Assembly: GCF_032062105.1 (NCBI RefSeq)
Contig: NW_026936019.1
Location: forward strand, 620,001 to 684,000
Reading direction: 5' to 3'
DNA from: Saccostrea cucullata
Taxonomy: Eukaryota
DNA: 64,000 nucleotides
Shown here: piece after piece, positions 13,118 through 26,100 of the stretch
Position numbering within the stretch: position 1 is the first letter of the stretch
Layout of the letters: the number at the start of each line of letters is the position of its first letter
Position numbers and translations under genes: made by a program
The notes under the pieces: generated by a model
Seen by the model: only the letters and a program-made list of their open reading frames with translations
Database searches by the model: none
Told to the model about the DNA's origin: nothing

Positions 13118-13260
13118 TATTTATATATTCTCCAACCTTCCAGCCCTACATCCTATGTAAGTATCTTAGGATCTGGGCGTTAGCACGAAGGGAATTAATT
13201 GACAAAGAAAATCTGGTCACGAAATTATTGTTCTAATGTTTTGGTCTTGATTAGGGACAA
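13118..13260 (-). promoter_or_regulatory. Opsin core promoter (TATA box)
   Basis: Minus-strand TATATAAA at about 13121-13128, some 75 nt upstream of the ATG. Homeodomain-type TAAT cores at about 13195, 13234 and 13250. Confidence 0.55.
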
Positions 13261-13899
13261 TGCCTCTTAAAAAATATCGTTTGAGCTGGGGCACGGGTAT
13301 TTTATACACGTTTTAAACTGACTAGAGCTTAAATTTGCCAAATATGTTCCGTGGGTGATCTTGTTTTCTGTCTTTGTAAAATGCACTATTCTTGGATAAT
13401 TTTATAAAATATTTATATTATTATTGATATTTATATAATTATATATAATTTATAAAATGTCTAATTGGATCAACCAATTTTTTTTTTATTGCTTCCCTGT
13501 TCAAGATGATGTTCAAGATGATATCTTGATGTGTGATGTGTAGTTATTAAAAAAAATGAAATTTTAAAACCAATAATATAAGCAAAGCAATTTTTAAAAA
13601 ACTAAATATACATGTATAAATAGAATTATGGTACTTAATGAAACCCTTCAGTACACGTGTGTGATATTTTGTAATAGATATAGCTTTAAACAATGAAAAA
13701 ATTGGAAACACTGGAAACATCGGATTGTTTTTTTTTTCATAACTTCCTTTTAATACATTTCACAGCTGCATATATATTATATTTATGTTTTCTATAGTGA
13801 TTTCTATAGCAAGAACATGATGTACAATCAATTTTGAAACAAAGGCAGATTACTGACAAATGCTTAATGCAGATATTTCTACAAGTAAGCGTTTGACAA

Positions 13900-14160
13900 G
13901 AATCGTGTTTATTGACATTGTTTACAGATACCTTTGGTCAGATTGTATTTTGCCTGACATATTTCACGCCTTTGTTTGGTCGTGTTTTTCATACTTATTT
14001 TGACTATTCCGTTTTCTCGATCATGACTAGTCGACAGGGGATGCTTATTCCTCCATGCCACCTGATCTCAGTTCAGTTGTTTCCACAGGTCTGTGTTTTT
14101 GCCTTTTCATGCTTTGTATTGTTAACAAGATTTAGAGGATTATATTCATACGAGTTTTTC
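13900..14160 (+). mobile_element. Old Penelope-like (Naiad-type) 3' fragment
   Basis: gtcgacaggggatgcttattcctccatgccacctgatc matches the family 3' module. Confidence 0.6.
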
Positions 14161-14254
14161 TACTTTTACTCGAATGACACTTTTTCCATTATTCACAATC
14201 ACAATGAATAAGATCTAAAATATGGCAAGTCGAACGTTGCATCTTTTCAATTTA

Positions 14255-14470
14255 AATTTGCATTGTATGATATGTATTTGTATTGTATGATATTTTATTC
14301 ATAGTGTTTATTTTTCCATTTGTATTGTATGATTTATTTTTATGTTCTGTAGATTTTCATTTATATTCTATAGTTTTTCTAAAAAAATATCTTTATTCTG
14401 TAATTTTTTCATTTTTTTTTATTCTATATTTGTATTTTCCATTTGTATTGTAAAACCATTTGTATTGTTA
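14255..14470. repeat. Degenerate ~21-bp minisatellite (tttccatttgtattgtatga), resuming at about 16435-16550
   Basis: Repeated catttgtattgt units lie on both sides of the retroelement at 14470-16300. Confidence 0.55.
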
Positions 14471-16300
14471 AATATATGTAGATAACAAACATTATTCAAG
14501 CTCAAAAGTCCATAAAACAATACAAACTAGGAGAAGAGCAAACGCGGACCTCAAAGGAAGAGATGGGATTAGGTGCCATGGAAGAATGAGCATCCCCTGT
14601 TGACCAGTTACACCACCACACATGTGCTCCTTGTCATGATCGGGACGTAACGGGAAAATCCGTCGACAATTCAGTGACCTAACAATTGGTATGAAAAACG
14701 CCTGTCGGCATTTGACTTAATAAATGATAAATTGCATTTGCTGACAAGATCATTGCATCGACCATAGAACTTACGAAATAACACTTGATCCCACCTCTGA
14801 TGTTTAGAGGTCTTGTTTGCTCAGCTCCTATTTTGTAATGTTTAATTGAATTTTTGAGCTCGAATACTATACAGTTATTGACTGGGAATGAGGGCAACAT
14901 ATGATTTGCTGGACCTGAAGGTGAAAATTTTGCCCGAGGCCGCAGGTCAAGGGCAACATTTTCACCCTCAGGTCCAACAAATCATATGTTGCCCAAATCC
15001 CAGTCTATAACTGTTTTGTTATACCCTTCAGTGCTCACTTAAGATTTAATCAATACACACTGTATTATCAATTACTTTATATGTAAAATATTGACTTAAT
15101 CAGTAAATATAAAACAATAGCTGAGAAAGAACAAATATTAATTATATTTTTATTATATCACAAAAACTATTTATCACAAAACATATACTCTTCCCTTCTT
15201 CCTTGCTAGAAGCAACAACTCTTACAGCTCTTAACTTCGGCTATTTCCGTGTCGCCGATATTGAACGATGACGTAGCAGTGACGTTGCGGTCTAACAATT
15301 CTTATGTTGGACCGGCAGGCCGGTCAACAGTGAAATTGCTAGACTGATGTAATAAACATTTCTTTTGTTGGACTTTTTATTAGTTATAAATATATAGAAA
15401 GCTATTTATAAGGGTATAACAATGTTCGTTATCTCCATATATTTTATGATGACTTTAACGAGACTGCTGATATTCTTTTTTCAGCAACTTGCTTGTCAAT
15501 AACTAACCTCATTTTAAAAATTCTTCATACTGAAAAATGCTGGTCTCCAAAAACCACATAGATATTGTAAATCAGAAACTCACGCATCTTATTAATATCA
15601 AATTCAGCGTACTTGTTTGTAGAATCAGAATGTTTTTTAACAAAATAATTTTGGCAAAGGACAAGGTAAAGAAATTTACGAGTTCTATTTTCATTGCAGA
15701 AGCAGCTGTCAATGATACCAAAAAGCCTGGACTTTGATTTAACGTAGGGAATGGTGTATACAAAGTTAAAAGTCGTGAGTTTTTATGCTGTTGATTTTTG
15801 TAAAATTTTGTTATGTCAAATTTTCCAAAAGTTCCTTGGAAATTTTAAGTATCCACATTTGATTTACACTACTCGAATATATTGTTGCACAGATTCCTGA
15901 AAGTTCTCCTTTACTACTATTAATAGTTTAGTGAGGAGTAAAGAAAGAGGATTGGTAGAACATTAACTGAAACCCGATATGTATTAAAAGGATTTTCATG
16001 AGGTTTGGAATCCTGTATAATCTGCTTCTTCAAATCCATTCTGGTTGTTAGGAATATTAAACATATTCAAAACTGAACTAAGATTTTGAAGAATTTCCTC
16101 CTTAGAAAGGGAACTATGAGTATAAGTTGGATAAACATTTGTCTAGTACAATTCAATCCCAGTTCCTCTAAAATACATTTTATACGTATAATAATGAGCC
16201 TTACAAACAAAGAAAATGTTTCTAACTTTGTCAGCAGAGACCAGTACATACTGATTACTGATCGTGTAGTCTATCTAATTCTTTTTTTCTCTTCTGAATA
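14470..16300 (-). mobile_element. Decayed Penelope-like (Naiad-type) retroelement, interrupted at 14782-15445
   Basis: Minus-strand remnants YVLVSADK (about 16240), PTYTHSSLSKEEI (16120), [14 protein letters not shown] (15850), thumb region (15450-15530), and 3' module and terminus at 14470-14780. Confidence 0.8.
14868..15422. mobile_element. About 555-bp non-autonomous element with a long hairpin and no clear TSD (possibly Crypton-related)
   Basis: Splits the retroelement tail gaatact|gttcgttatctcc. About 140-bp hairpin at 14871-15014, perfect 12-bp inverted repeat ttgttataccct / agggtataacaa (15016, 15411), and a small hairpin at 15305-15329. The superfamily call is inference. Confidence 0.75.
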
Positions 16301-16604
16301 ACTAAAACCAGAAGGATAGAAAATTTTTATTTGGTCCCTCAATCATTTTAACATTCATATGATACATTTTATCCATTCAGTCACCTTGCAAGGTCTTGTT
16401 TTTCATGTTTTGCCCGTGTAATCTTCATTAGAATCCATTTTTTATATTGTATAATTTTTTAATGGTATTCTATATTTTTCCATTTGCATTGTATAGGTTC
16501 TCATTTTCATTGTATTTATACTCAATCATTTTTCATTTGGAATTGTTTCCGAGGGATTGTTTATTTGTTTATTTTTTTAAAATGACCATTTATTTACCAA
16601 CTCC

Positions 16605-16606
<2 letters not shown>

Positions 16607-16654
<48 letters not shown>

Positions 16655-16673
16655 ATAACATAACATAACATAA
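16607..16673 (+). repeat. A47 tract followed by (CATAA)4
   Basis: Read directly from the sequence. Confidence 0.95.
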
Positions 16674-18839
16674 AATTGAAAGTCAATTTATCAATAAAAA
16701 CAGAAACCAAGTCAAGTTCAAATTTTATGTGAAAATTTTGATTTCAACTTAGATTACATATATCACGTATATATCTACACTCAATTTCATATTATAAAGT
16801 TTTTGTTCATATACGCTATATATAGCTTTAACATCTACCATGGAATTCCTTGTCTACAATTTCGATAAATAAAAACAAACTGCCCCAATTGTCATTCTCA
16901 AGTCTGATTTAATGCCATTGATTACCAAACCTAAATTCTTTTTCTATATATTTTAATAATGCAGTAGTCCGAACTCAAACTAAATTGTTCATGAAAAATA
17001 AGAATAAATTTAAATGTATATCGTAGGACATTGCATTGAATTTCATTAATATTTAAAGATAAATAATTGCGGAGAATAGAAAAATAAGGCTGGTTGGATA
17101 AGTAAATTTCGCGATAAGCCCTTTTATAAAATTTAGCTTTTTGTGTCTTAGTGTCTTTTACAAAAATTTAGAATTATGCATTATATGACAATAAAAAATT
17201 TCAATTGAAAAATTCTTAAAGTGACAATATCACGCATCTCTTCAAAAACAGACTTGTTAAAATTTTCCTATAGCATTTGGAATTTTTTTCATACTCATAA
17301 ATGTATACACTTTCCGAAAATTACAAATTTTATAAGTAAATAATTCTGATTATTTCATTAAAATCAATAATTATTTATGGTACATAAATATATACATTGC
17401 AACGTGTTCGAGGTTCCACATTCCATGCTATACACGCACATGACGCATGCGTATAGTTTTCATAAACAAAACAGCATGGTAAGAGAGGGAATCCCGGTAG
17501 GCCTGCTACATTGACAAAGTCGACCAAAACGAAAAACAAAACCAAAATTAGCCAGAGATTGAAATTAAAAAACAACTTTCCTGACAAAAAATTAGTAGGG
17601 CGATTAATATAATCATTGGATGAAGAAGAAACGGGACCTTGGCGACATTCACGTGGGGCTCGCAAAGGTTTTATCCTTCAGGTTTGTTGATACATGCTAT
17701 CATTTCTCGTATCTCCATAGCTTTCAAAGAAAAAAAAATCAGTGTAAACTCAACATAAAAATGCACTTATGACATATAAAAATTATTGCCATTAGAAGTG
17801 CAAATTGTATTGGAACTGCAGAAAGATATTTTGTTTGACATTTTGCCGCGATGAAGTATGATTTGGTGGATTTTCCTTTCCTGCACCCCAAGACACAAAG
17901 CGTCAACATTTGTACTTAATCATGTTAATGCAGACTAATATGTTAACTATTATTAATTTACCGGAGAGTTAAGATATTTTGATTCTGAGAATTGCTTTTA
18001 ACTAATATTCCATTATATTTGCATATCCACTTCTCTCTCCCACTATGAACACGTAGTCATCAACTGCATTCATAGTACTATAGACGCACCTGCTTCTACT
18101 ATGAGTACAATTGCTCTATCACACTCGTGTAGAACAATCTCTACCACACTTACATGTGGTGTTGAGAAGTATATATATGAAATGTTTCATAAGAGGAATG
18201 AAAATAAGTTTTTAATAATATTCTTTGAAAAAAAGGAAATTCAGAATACTTAAAATTGCTGATTCATATCTTTAAAAATTCAATTTTGGTCAATGTATTT
18301 AATTGTATAATAAAACTTTTTAAAATTGTAGAGAACTGCCATATTTTTATTTTTTCGTATCATGCATATACAAAGAATGATAACTCTTCACACTTGGGTA
18401 ATAACATTCAGAAAGAGAAAATTTCTTTAACTAGTATATCTATATCAAGAATTATTTCAGCTATTTAAAATAAATAGAAAAACTAAAAAAAAAATATAGA
18501 AAAGCATTCTGGAGTAATAATTATTATAAAAGCATTCTCATTTTTCATCATAGTGTTAAATTATTGATTTTTGTCAGAGGGTTAAAATAACGTTGATCGA
18601 TGACGTCACAACTGCATCAAAACAAAAATGTGATGACAGCGCAGCTTGTATCCAGATAACTGTGTTTGAGAGGGAAATACTTTATAAATTGTTTGTGATT
18701 TATTAGAGAAAAGAAGCATTAATCAGGTTTACTGATTTTAAAGCCGTATGCTTTTCTTTACTGAAGACAAGAAGCTGCGTCCTTATGTAAATCAGGATTT
18801 CCTCTGATACTCTTGAAAAAAAATCAAAGAATGCAAATA

Positions 18840-19000
18840 TAAGTAATAAACAACGATTATTCAGTGAACATGGCATTATGAATAGCAATAGCTCTGCTGG
18901 CATATTTTCCATGATGCGCTAGCGCGCATCATGGAATATGCCAGCAGAGCAGTTGCTATTCATAACGCCATGTTCACTGAATAACGTTGTTTATTTCTTA
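18840..19000. repeat. About 160-bp near-perfect palindrome
   Basis: Arms of about 78 bp (taagtaataaacaacgattattcagtgaacatggc...gatgcgc), loop tagc, few mismatches. Confidence 0.95.
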
Positions 19001-20133
19001 AATAATTGTAAACCCTACATTGTATGCACGTGCCATTTTACATTTCTCGTGGTACAAGTAAACAGGTCTAAGTTGTACGACCCTTGATTTTCCGGCAGAT
19101 TTTAATTACGTTAATTTTGTATGAGGAGAGAAAATTTATTTTTCTCAAAATGCTTACTTCAACTTTTTACCTTATTCCTGAATGATATATTGTGTAAATT
19201 TGAATGAAAAAGCACACGATTTGCAGCCGTATTGCCGCTTTAAATAAGTATATGGCATTATGTAAGGTAGAGATCACTAAACCACGTGATAAATTTTGTC
19301 CTTTCAAGGATCAAACACGTGGCTTTTTAGGACATTCACACACGTCTAGGAGGAAATCGCGTGTAGATAATCATGTCAATGTATGGTATTTGGATCCTCC
19401 CATCTCAGATCTAAGTCTAGCTGTGATGGGGTCTATGTTCTCTGGACACGATAAATACCATTACGTATTAGGGATGCCACCTTAAGATACGCATCACGGT
19501 GTTGTATTCTTGAGTGTCTATTTCAGATGCATACTGCATCCTTCACTTAATTGGTTTATGCAACATGTGTTTATTCCAATTACAATGTGATAACATGCAG
19601 TATCATTTCTCACCATTATTATCCTATGCTGTATTGTGGAACATTTTTTTCTGTTTAAGTAGATGGATTCATTTTCCAGAACGAAAAGTGAGGAGACATA
19701 CTAAGTATTCTCTCAGATTTGTTAGATACCGAGTGGTCCATTGAAAAATGTAATCGATTATTTTAAAATGGTGACTCAATTTCATAAATTCTAACCGATC
19801 CCGCCTGTACGGATCTACGTCAAAAACCTGGCCTTGTCAATGAATCAAGGTAGCCAAACAACCGGCTTTATTCACAGATCCAGAGCACGAATTATCAACT
19901 GCGCCTCCTCAGAGTAAATTACAAGATAGAATAACACATCCTCTAATACCCACTTGTTTCCTAAAGGTCAGCTGAGAGGGGGGCAATCGGTTCAAGAATT
20001 CTGCCCTACAAACAGACCCAACAAAGATAAAACCAAGTGTTGGTGCTTAGAGATGGTCATTTTGTATTAAATTTTTGTCAAAAGATGTTAGTGCAGAAAG
20101 TTATCATTTTTCAAGTTCTTGTATATTTGACAG

Positions 20134-23100
20134 AATGTGTTTCCCGCCGTCAAGGTAGTAAAATATTCAAGAAAAATTGTATAAGAAAATTTCTTCAAAT
20201 GTAAGAATCTTTGATGTAAAAAGCAACAAACAAATTTCACTAGAGGAAATTATTAGCAAGAGCAGTTTATTTTGATAGTTTGGGATGATATCCGACTTGT
20301 TGGTCGAGCATTTGCTGGAGTTGTAGAACTGAAGCAGCCTGATGGATCGTGGAACAAGGTATGTGCTGACCATTTCTGGACCCCACAAGTAGCGGCAGTA
20401 GCGTGCCATCACTTAGGATTTGATGGAACTGCAAGAACCAGAGCAAGGGTTAGTAGCTAAAAGTGAAATTTTGAAGATAATTGCAAGATTAATAAATTCA
20501 ATTCAATATAATAGTTTACATATTTCTTTATTAGGGAATTCAAACTCACGAGAAACATTTTTCGAAGTTGCAATGCAAAGGTTCCGAGGAAAGTCTGGAA
20601 CAGTGCCAATCTGTGATTGGTAAGGTAAACATTTCCAAATGGTCCACTCCGTTACATAACAAGTTTCTTATATGATAATCTTATATCATGCCTATATTCC
20701 AGCGAACAGTTGCAGCACAAACAGAGAAGCATATTTATTTTGTGGTAGACCAAGAGCAGTTAAAGACCGTACGTATTCATTTAGGATACCATCTAATTCA
20801 TAAACAAGTTTTCTTATTATACACTCGAAACAAATGAAGGAGCAAATATGTATATGAAATAAAGAAAATGCCCTGATGCTTAAGAATTGAAATATTTATA
20901 AAGTATTTCTCTCTGTAGATCCAGCAAATTGCACAGATAGACAGTTCCTGTGTAGGAGTGAAAATAAATGTATCCCCTCACGCTGGCGGTGTGACTATGT
21001 GTCCGATTGTAGCGATGGCGCAGATGAAGTCAACTGTACACGTAAGTAACAGAAGATTCCCGATAATACATTAAAAGTTTTATGATAGGCTGGATTGTTT
21101 GATGAAATATATGGAGATAACGAACAGTATTCGAGCTCAAAAGTCCATAAAACAATACAAAATAGGAGCAGAGCAAACACGGACATCCAGAACATCAGAG
21201 GTGGGATCAGGTGCCACGGAGGAGTGAGCATCCCCTGCCGACAGGTTACATCCGCCGTCTGCTCCTTGTCATGATAAAAAAAATAGTTTAGATCTACCTA
21301 ACAATTTAAAATATTTAGTTTTAAATTATGCCAATAGCAAATTTTTGAAATAACTTTCTATAATGAACATGCAAATTTCTACCTTTAGGTCATCACCTCT
21401 GTAAATCTGTATAACTTTTTATTACTTTAAAGGACAGTATTTTGAAACTTTTAATGAAATGTACTTATTGAGTATAAATTATTATTTTAAAAAAAACCTC
21501 TTTTGAATTTACCATGAAATCACTTAACACAAGTCGTCAACTCGTACCTTTGGTTATCCACTCAAGAAAAAAATTCCCTTTTTAGTTAAAAAAGTTAATT
21601 TCCATGGACATTATGGCCAGTTTGATACTGTCGTCGGGAGATTTTGAACACTTAATGACTGTTTATTTTCATTCTCTACAGCGATGTCTTACGTGTTTTG
21701 ATTAAACTGTAAATCTTACAGCATCGACCGACATTCCTTTGAGTTCCCACTATCTGCGCCTCTTGAGAGTCACTGGACGACGGAATGAGGGAATATTAGA
21801 GTTTAACCTGGCTAACCAGTGGGGTACCGTCTGTGACGACGGCTTCGATATAGTGGCGGCCAATGTTGCTTGTAAACAGCTGGGTTTTCAGTAAGTATAT
21901 CTACATAACGGACAGGTAATTGTTCTGATCTGTAGAAGATAATGAATTATACATGTAATTAGACACATAGAACCTTTTGTGAGAGGATTTCTAATTAAGA
22001 AGATTACGTTTACATAACATAATCATCTTTCAGCAAAGAAGAGCTCTGTTCTTTTGCTGGACTATATAACAAATTAGCAAATTCAAAGAACTAAAACAGG
22101 GCATCGGAAATAAATCTCTTTAATTATTGTGGCTGCAGAAATGGACAAAAATTACAAAATTGTGAAAGCAAAACACTTCAATTATTAAAAGAGCCAAACA
22201 ACTCTCTTTTTTCGTGTGTGTAGCACTTTAAATATTGTGGCTGCTGGAATAGACAAAGTTTTTAAAAAAAATTGTAAAAGCAAAACACTAAAAGCAAAAA
22301 AAGTAAACGACTGTTTTTTTTGTGTGTGTGTAGCTATGGTGCTGAAAAAGTGAAAAGCTTTGGAGGAGGCTCTGGACAAATATGGATAGACGAAATCAAT
22401 TGTCTTGGAAACGAGACGTCAATTTTAGAGTGCAGAAGGAATAAGTAAGTTCCGTATAAAGATATTCTTATTCACAGATTTCTTGATTACGGCGTAATTG
22501 TGTTGTAAAGTTGAAATGCTAATTTTGTTAGGCTTGGAAAAAGGAAATGTTAAAATAACATCTGTGATTTAAATTTGCAAGTTAACAGGAACTTTTTGAT
22601 GGTCACTTTGATTTCACCTTGTCAGAATGCTAGTAGGCTGGACATTCTTTTAAATCAATTATAATCCGTAACTTTGAAAGTGTTATTTGATCATTTAGAG
22701 ACATTTATAATACGAACATGTTATAGCAATTCATGGTGCCACTTGAAGTATAAAATATAATATATATGAAAGTAAGTGTTTTGGTTATTGGTAAAACGTC
22801 GATATATCTAAATGTCGAGTTGAAAGCTACAGCAAACTTTTTCCTCTTCTCGTGTACACCAAGCTTTGTTTCATGTATATAAAACATAACTAGTTCCCAT
22901 CAAAATTCCAGCGACCTTTATTAAAGTTGCAGGTATTTGTAGATGACCAGTCACAAGACATAAGATCTTAGGAATTGCGTTTTAATCAAAGAAGCAATTG
23001 TCTGTGCTGTCAAAAAGTCTGGTCTGTAATTTATCAGAGGCAATTGTTATATAAAGCATAGAAAATCACATATTTTGATGGTGGTGATGTTTATTTTCAA

Positions 23101-26100
23101 ATCTGATGTACACCGTGACCATGCACCTCTTCAATACGCAGTTGCACAATGCGTTTGTATTTTCTCCTTCACTGTAGTTAATATTTTGTTGAGAAGTAAG
23201 GGAAGGAACTTGGTTGAATATTGGACTCTGCAATATATCTTTGTAAAGTCTTTAAAGAAGTTTCGGAAACCAGTATATATACGGTAAATCAATCTCAATT
23301 TTATTGCATGTGGAATATTAAATATAAAACTGACAAGTGATTTTGAAGAATTTCATCTTTGAAAGGGAACTCTCAGTAAAGGCTTAATAACCAGATGTAG
23401 AATAAAAATAAAATTGTGTTCTTCTAAAATTATATTTGTAATAATTAATTAGCCTTGCTAACAAGGTCTGTATTATATATAAAGCTTTATCAGCTGGAAA
23501 CAAACATCTTTTAATAGTCCTTCTAATTATTTTATCGTGTTCTCTATATACATGTACATTATTAAAACGCTTTGTCCATTCTGACAGATTATCTGAGGTA
23601 TAACGTTAACCCGTCTTTTATCATACTTCTGGAATAAATAATATAAATGATGTTCTGTCATCATTTGAACTATACTTACATTTCCAGTAATGAAATGGGA
23701 TAGGAGGATTTTGTTTTCACTCAAATATTATTATGACAATATCATATGTCAATTTTTAAAATATTTTAAATTTTCCAAAGAACCAAAATGAATTTGAATT
23801 ATTATTTCTATATTGGATTCCAAAATTTCATAAAAGTCACAGAGAAAGAGACGAAGTGGGTTCTAGTAAATGGTTAACCATACATCTTTCTTAGTTCTCT
23901 CTAAGATATTAACAGTAGTGAAGGAGAAACTTCATGATTACTGTACAAAAGTACAGAAGTGGTGTAAATCAGATGTGGATTCTTAAATACTCCAAGGAAC
24001 TTTCAGAAATTTTGAAATCACATGATTTTACCAAAATATTTAAAAACCTGTGACTTTCAACTTAATTCATAACCATTCCCCACGATAAATTAAAGTCCAG
24101 GCTTTATGATATCATTGACGGCTGCTTTTTCAATAAAACTGGAGCTCGTAAATTTATTTACCTTTTCATTGGTCTTTGTAAAATTATTTTGTTAACAAAA
24201 TATTCTGATTATACACTCAAGTACTCTACGTTAACATTAAAAAGATGCTTGAGTTTCTGATTGACTATATCTATGTGGTTTTTGAAGACAACAATCTATT
24301 GGAATTCTCATTGATACCAATTGCGCCCAGTTATTAGCATACTTCATTTTGTATTCATATGAAGCAGAAATTGTCCAAAATGTTAAAAGTGAAAAAAAGA
24401 AAACACTTGCTGTGGCTTTCAACTCGACATGTATATATATTAAAGACGTATTCTCAATTTGCAATGGTTATTTCTATTCTTAAGCCGAAACGATATATCC
24501 CCGTGAGCTTGCGATACCACAGAGTCTGACACATCTGTTTCATATTTGGATATTTTACCTGAAAAAGATGTTAATGGTAATCTTACAACAAAGCTTTATC
24601 ATATACTTGATGACTTTAAATTTTCAATTCTCAACTTCCCTTACTTATGCAGCAATATATCTTCATCATCTGCATACTTGGTTTATATCTCTCAATTGAT
24701 TCGATACGCAAGAGCATCCTCTACATATTTACAAATTCTAAAACGAGGTTAATTATTGACAAACAAGTTCATGAAACAAGAATATCAGCAGTCTCGTTTA
24801 AAGTTTCATTTTGTAATTTCTATGATCGATACAATGACCTTGTTAGCAAATACAATTTATCATGGAGTCAAATACTGGCCGACGTTTTTCATACTAATTG
24901 TTACTCCATTATTTACACACTGCATTGTCGACAGATTATTTTCGTTATTGACGAGGAGCACAGGGGGTGGTTCGGTGGGTGGGCGGGAGGGTTTGGGGGA
25001 GGGGATGGGTTAGGCGACCGATCGGCAGGGGATGCTCACTCCTCCATGATTCCTGATTTCACTGCTGATGTGTAAGAGGTCCTTGTTTTCTATACTCCTA
25101 TTTTGTATTGTTAAATTGAGTTTTGAGCTTGAAAACTGTCGTTATCTCCATATATTTCCTTCCATTTTCCAGCTTTGCTGCACATGATTGTACGCACGCT
25201 GAGGATGTTGGGCTGGTCTGTAAAACTTCACCAAATCCAGAGGGTATGTCTCAAGTATCTAGGTGAAATTTTCTCTCATATATATCCAATGGTTGTGTGT
25301 GTTAGTTTGTAATTTAATGATGTTTAGATTTTTCATTTTATGATTGCAGGTTGTGGTGTGCCAAAGGCGGATCCAAAAAGTCGACGAATTGTTGGAGGAC
25401 ACACGTCCACGCGCGGAAGTTGGCCTTGGATAGCCAGTATATTCCTCCACATTCCGCCAATGAGTCAGGAACAGTTCTGCGCCGGGAGTCTGGTCAACGA
25501 CGAGTGGATTCTAACTGCTGCCCACTGTTTTGATAGGTATGATGCAGACTGAACACGACATTCTCTATGGAATCGAAAGCTAAAATTGATATAACCAGTA
25601 ATTAGTGATCATTTTTCAGCTATCTATGTGCATTTTCTGTCATTATTTTTTTGAAATACATGTAGATGTAAAACAAGGTTTTCTACAGATATACACATAC
25701 AATTTATAAACTATTATAAACAAAATATTAATTAAAAAATGTTTTATGTAATTTTAAAGAAATGTAGCCTTTAAGAGCACATTAAAACTCTCTTTTTCAA
25801 TCAAAGGTTGCTTTGCACTTTTGAAATTGAAATCTCACGCACAGTAGAAGATTAAGTAGAAATTAATGATTGATTTCAGAACAACAGATAAGAGAGATAT
25901 CCGAATTCGATTGGGAGAGTACAACCTTCACCATCGTGATTCCTCTGAACAAACTTTCAATGTAACCGAGCTGTTTCTCCACCCATTGTATACCAAGGCC
26001 TCTCACGACTTCGATATTGCATTGATAAAACTGAACAGGCCCGCAGATACCAGCACTGGATACGTCAACAATATCTGTTTGCCCCTGGCTTCTGAAGACA

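Noticed and set aside
13180-13475. Rhodopsin core sequence (RCSI/P3, TAATYNRATTA) in the opsin promoter
   Set aside because: Only partial TAAT half-sites, which are expected by chance in AT-rich DNA.
16447-16668. Poly-lysine ORF
   Set aside because: Translation of the A47 tract.
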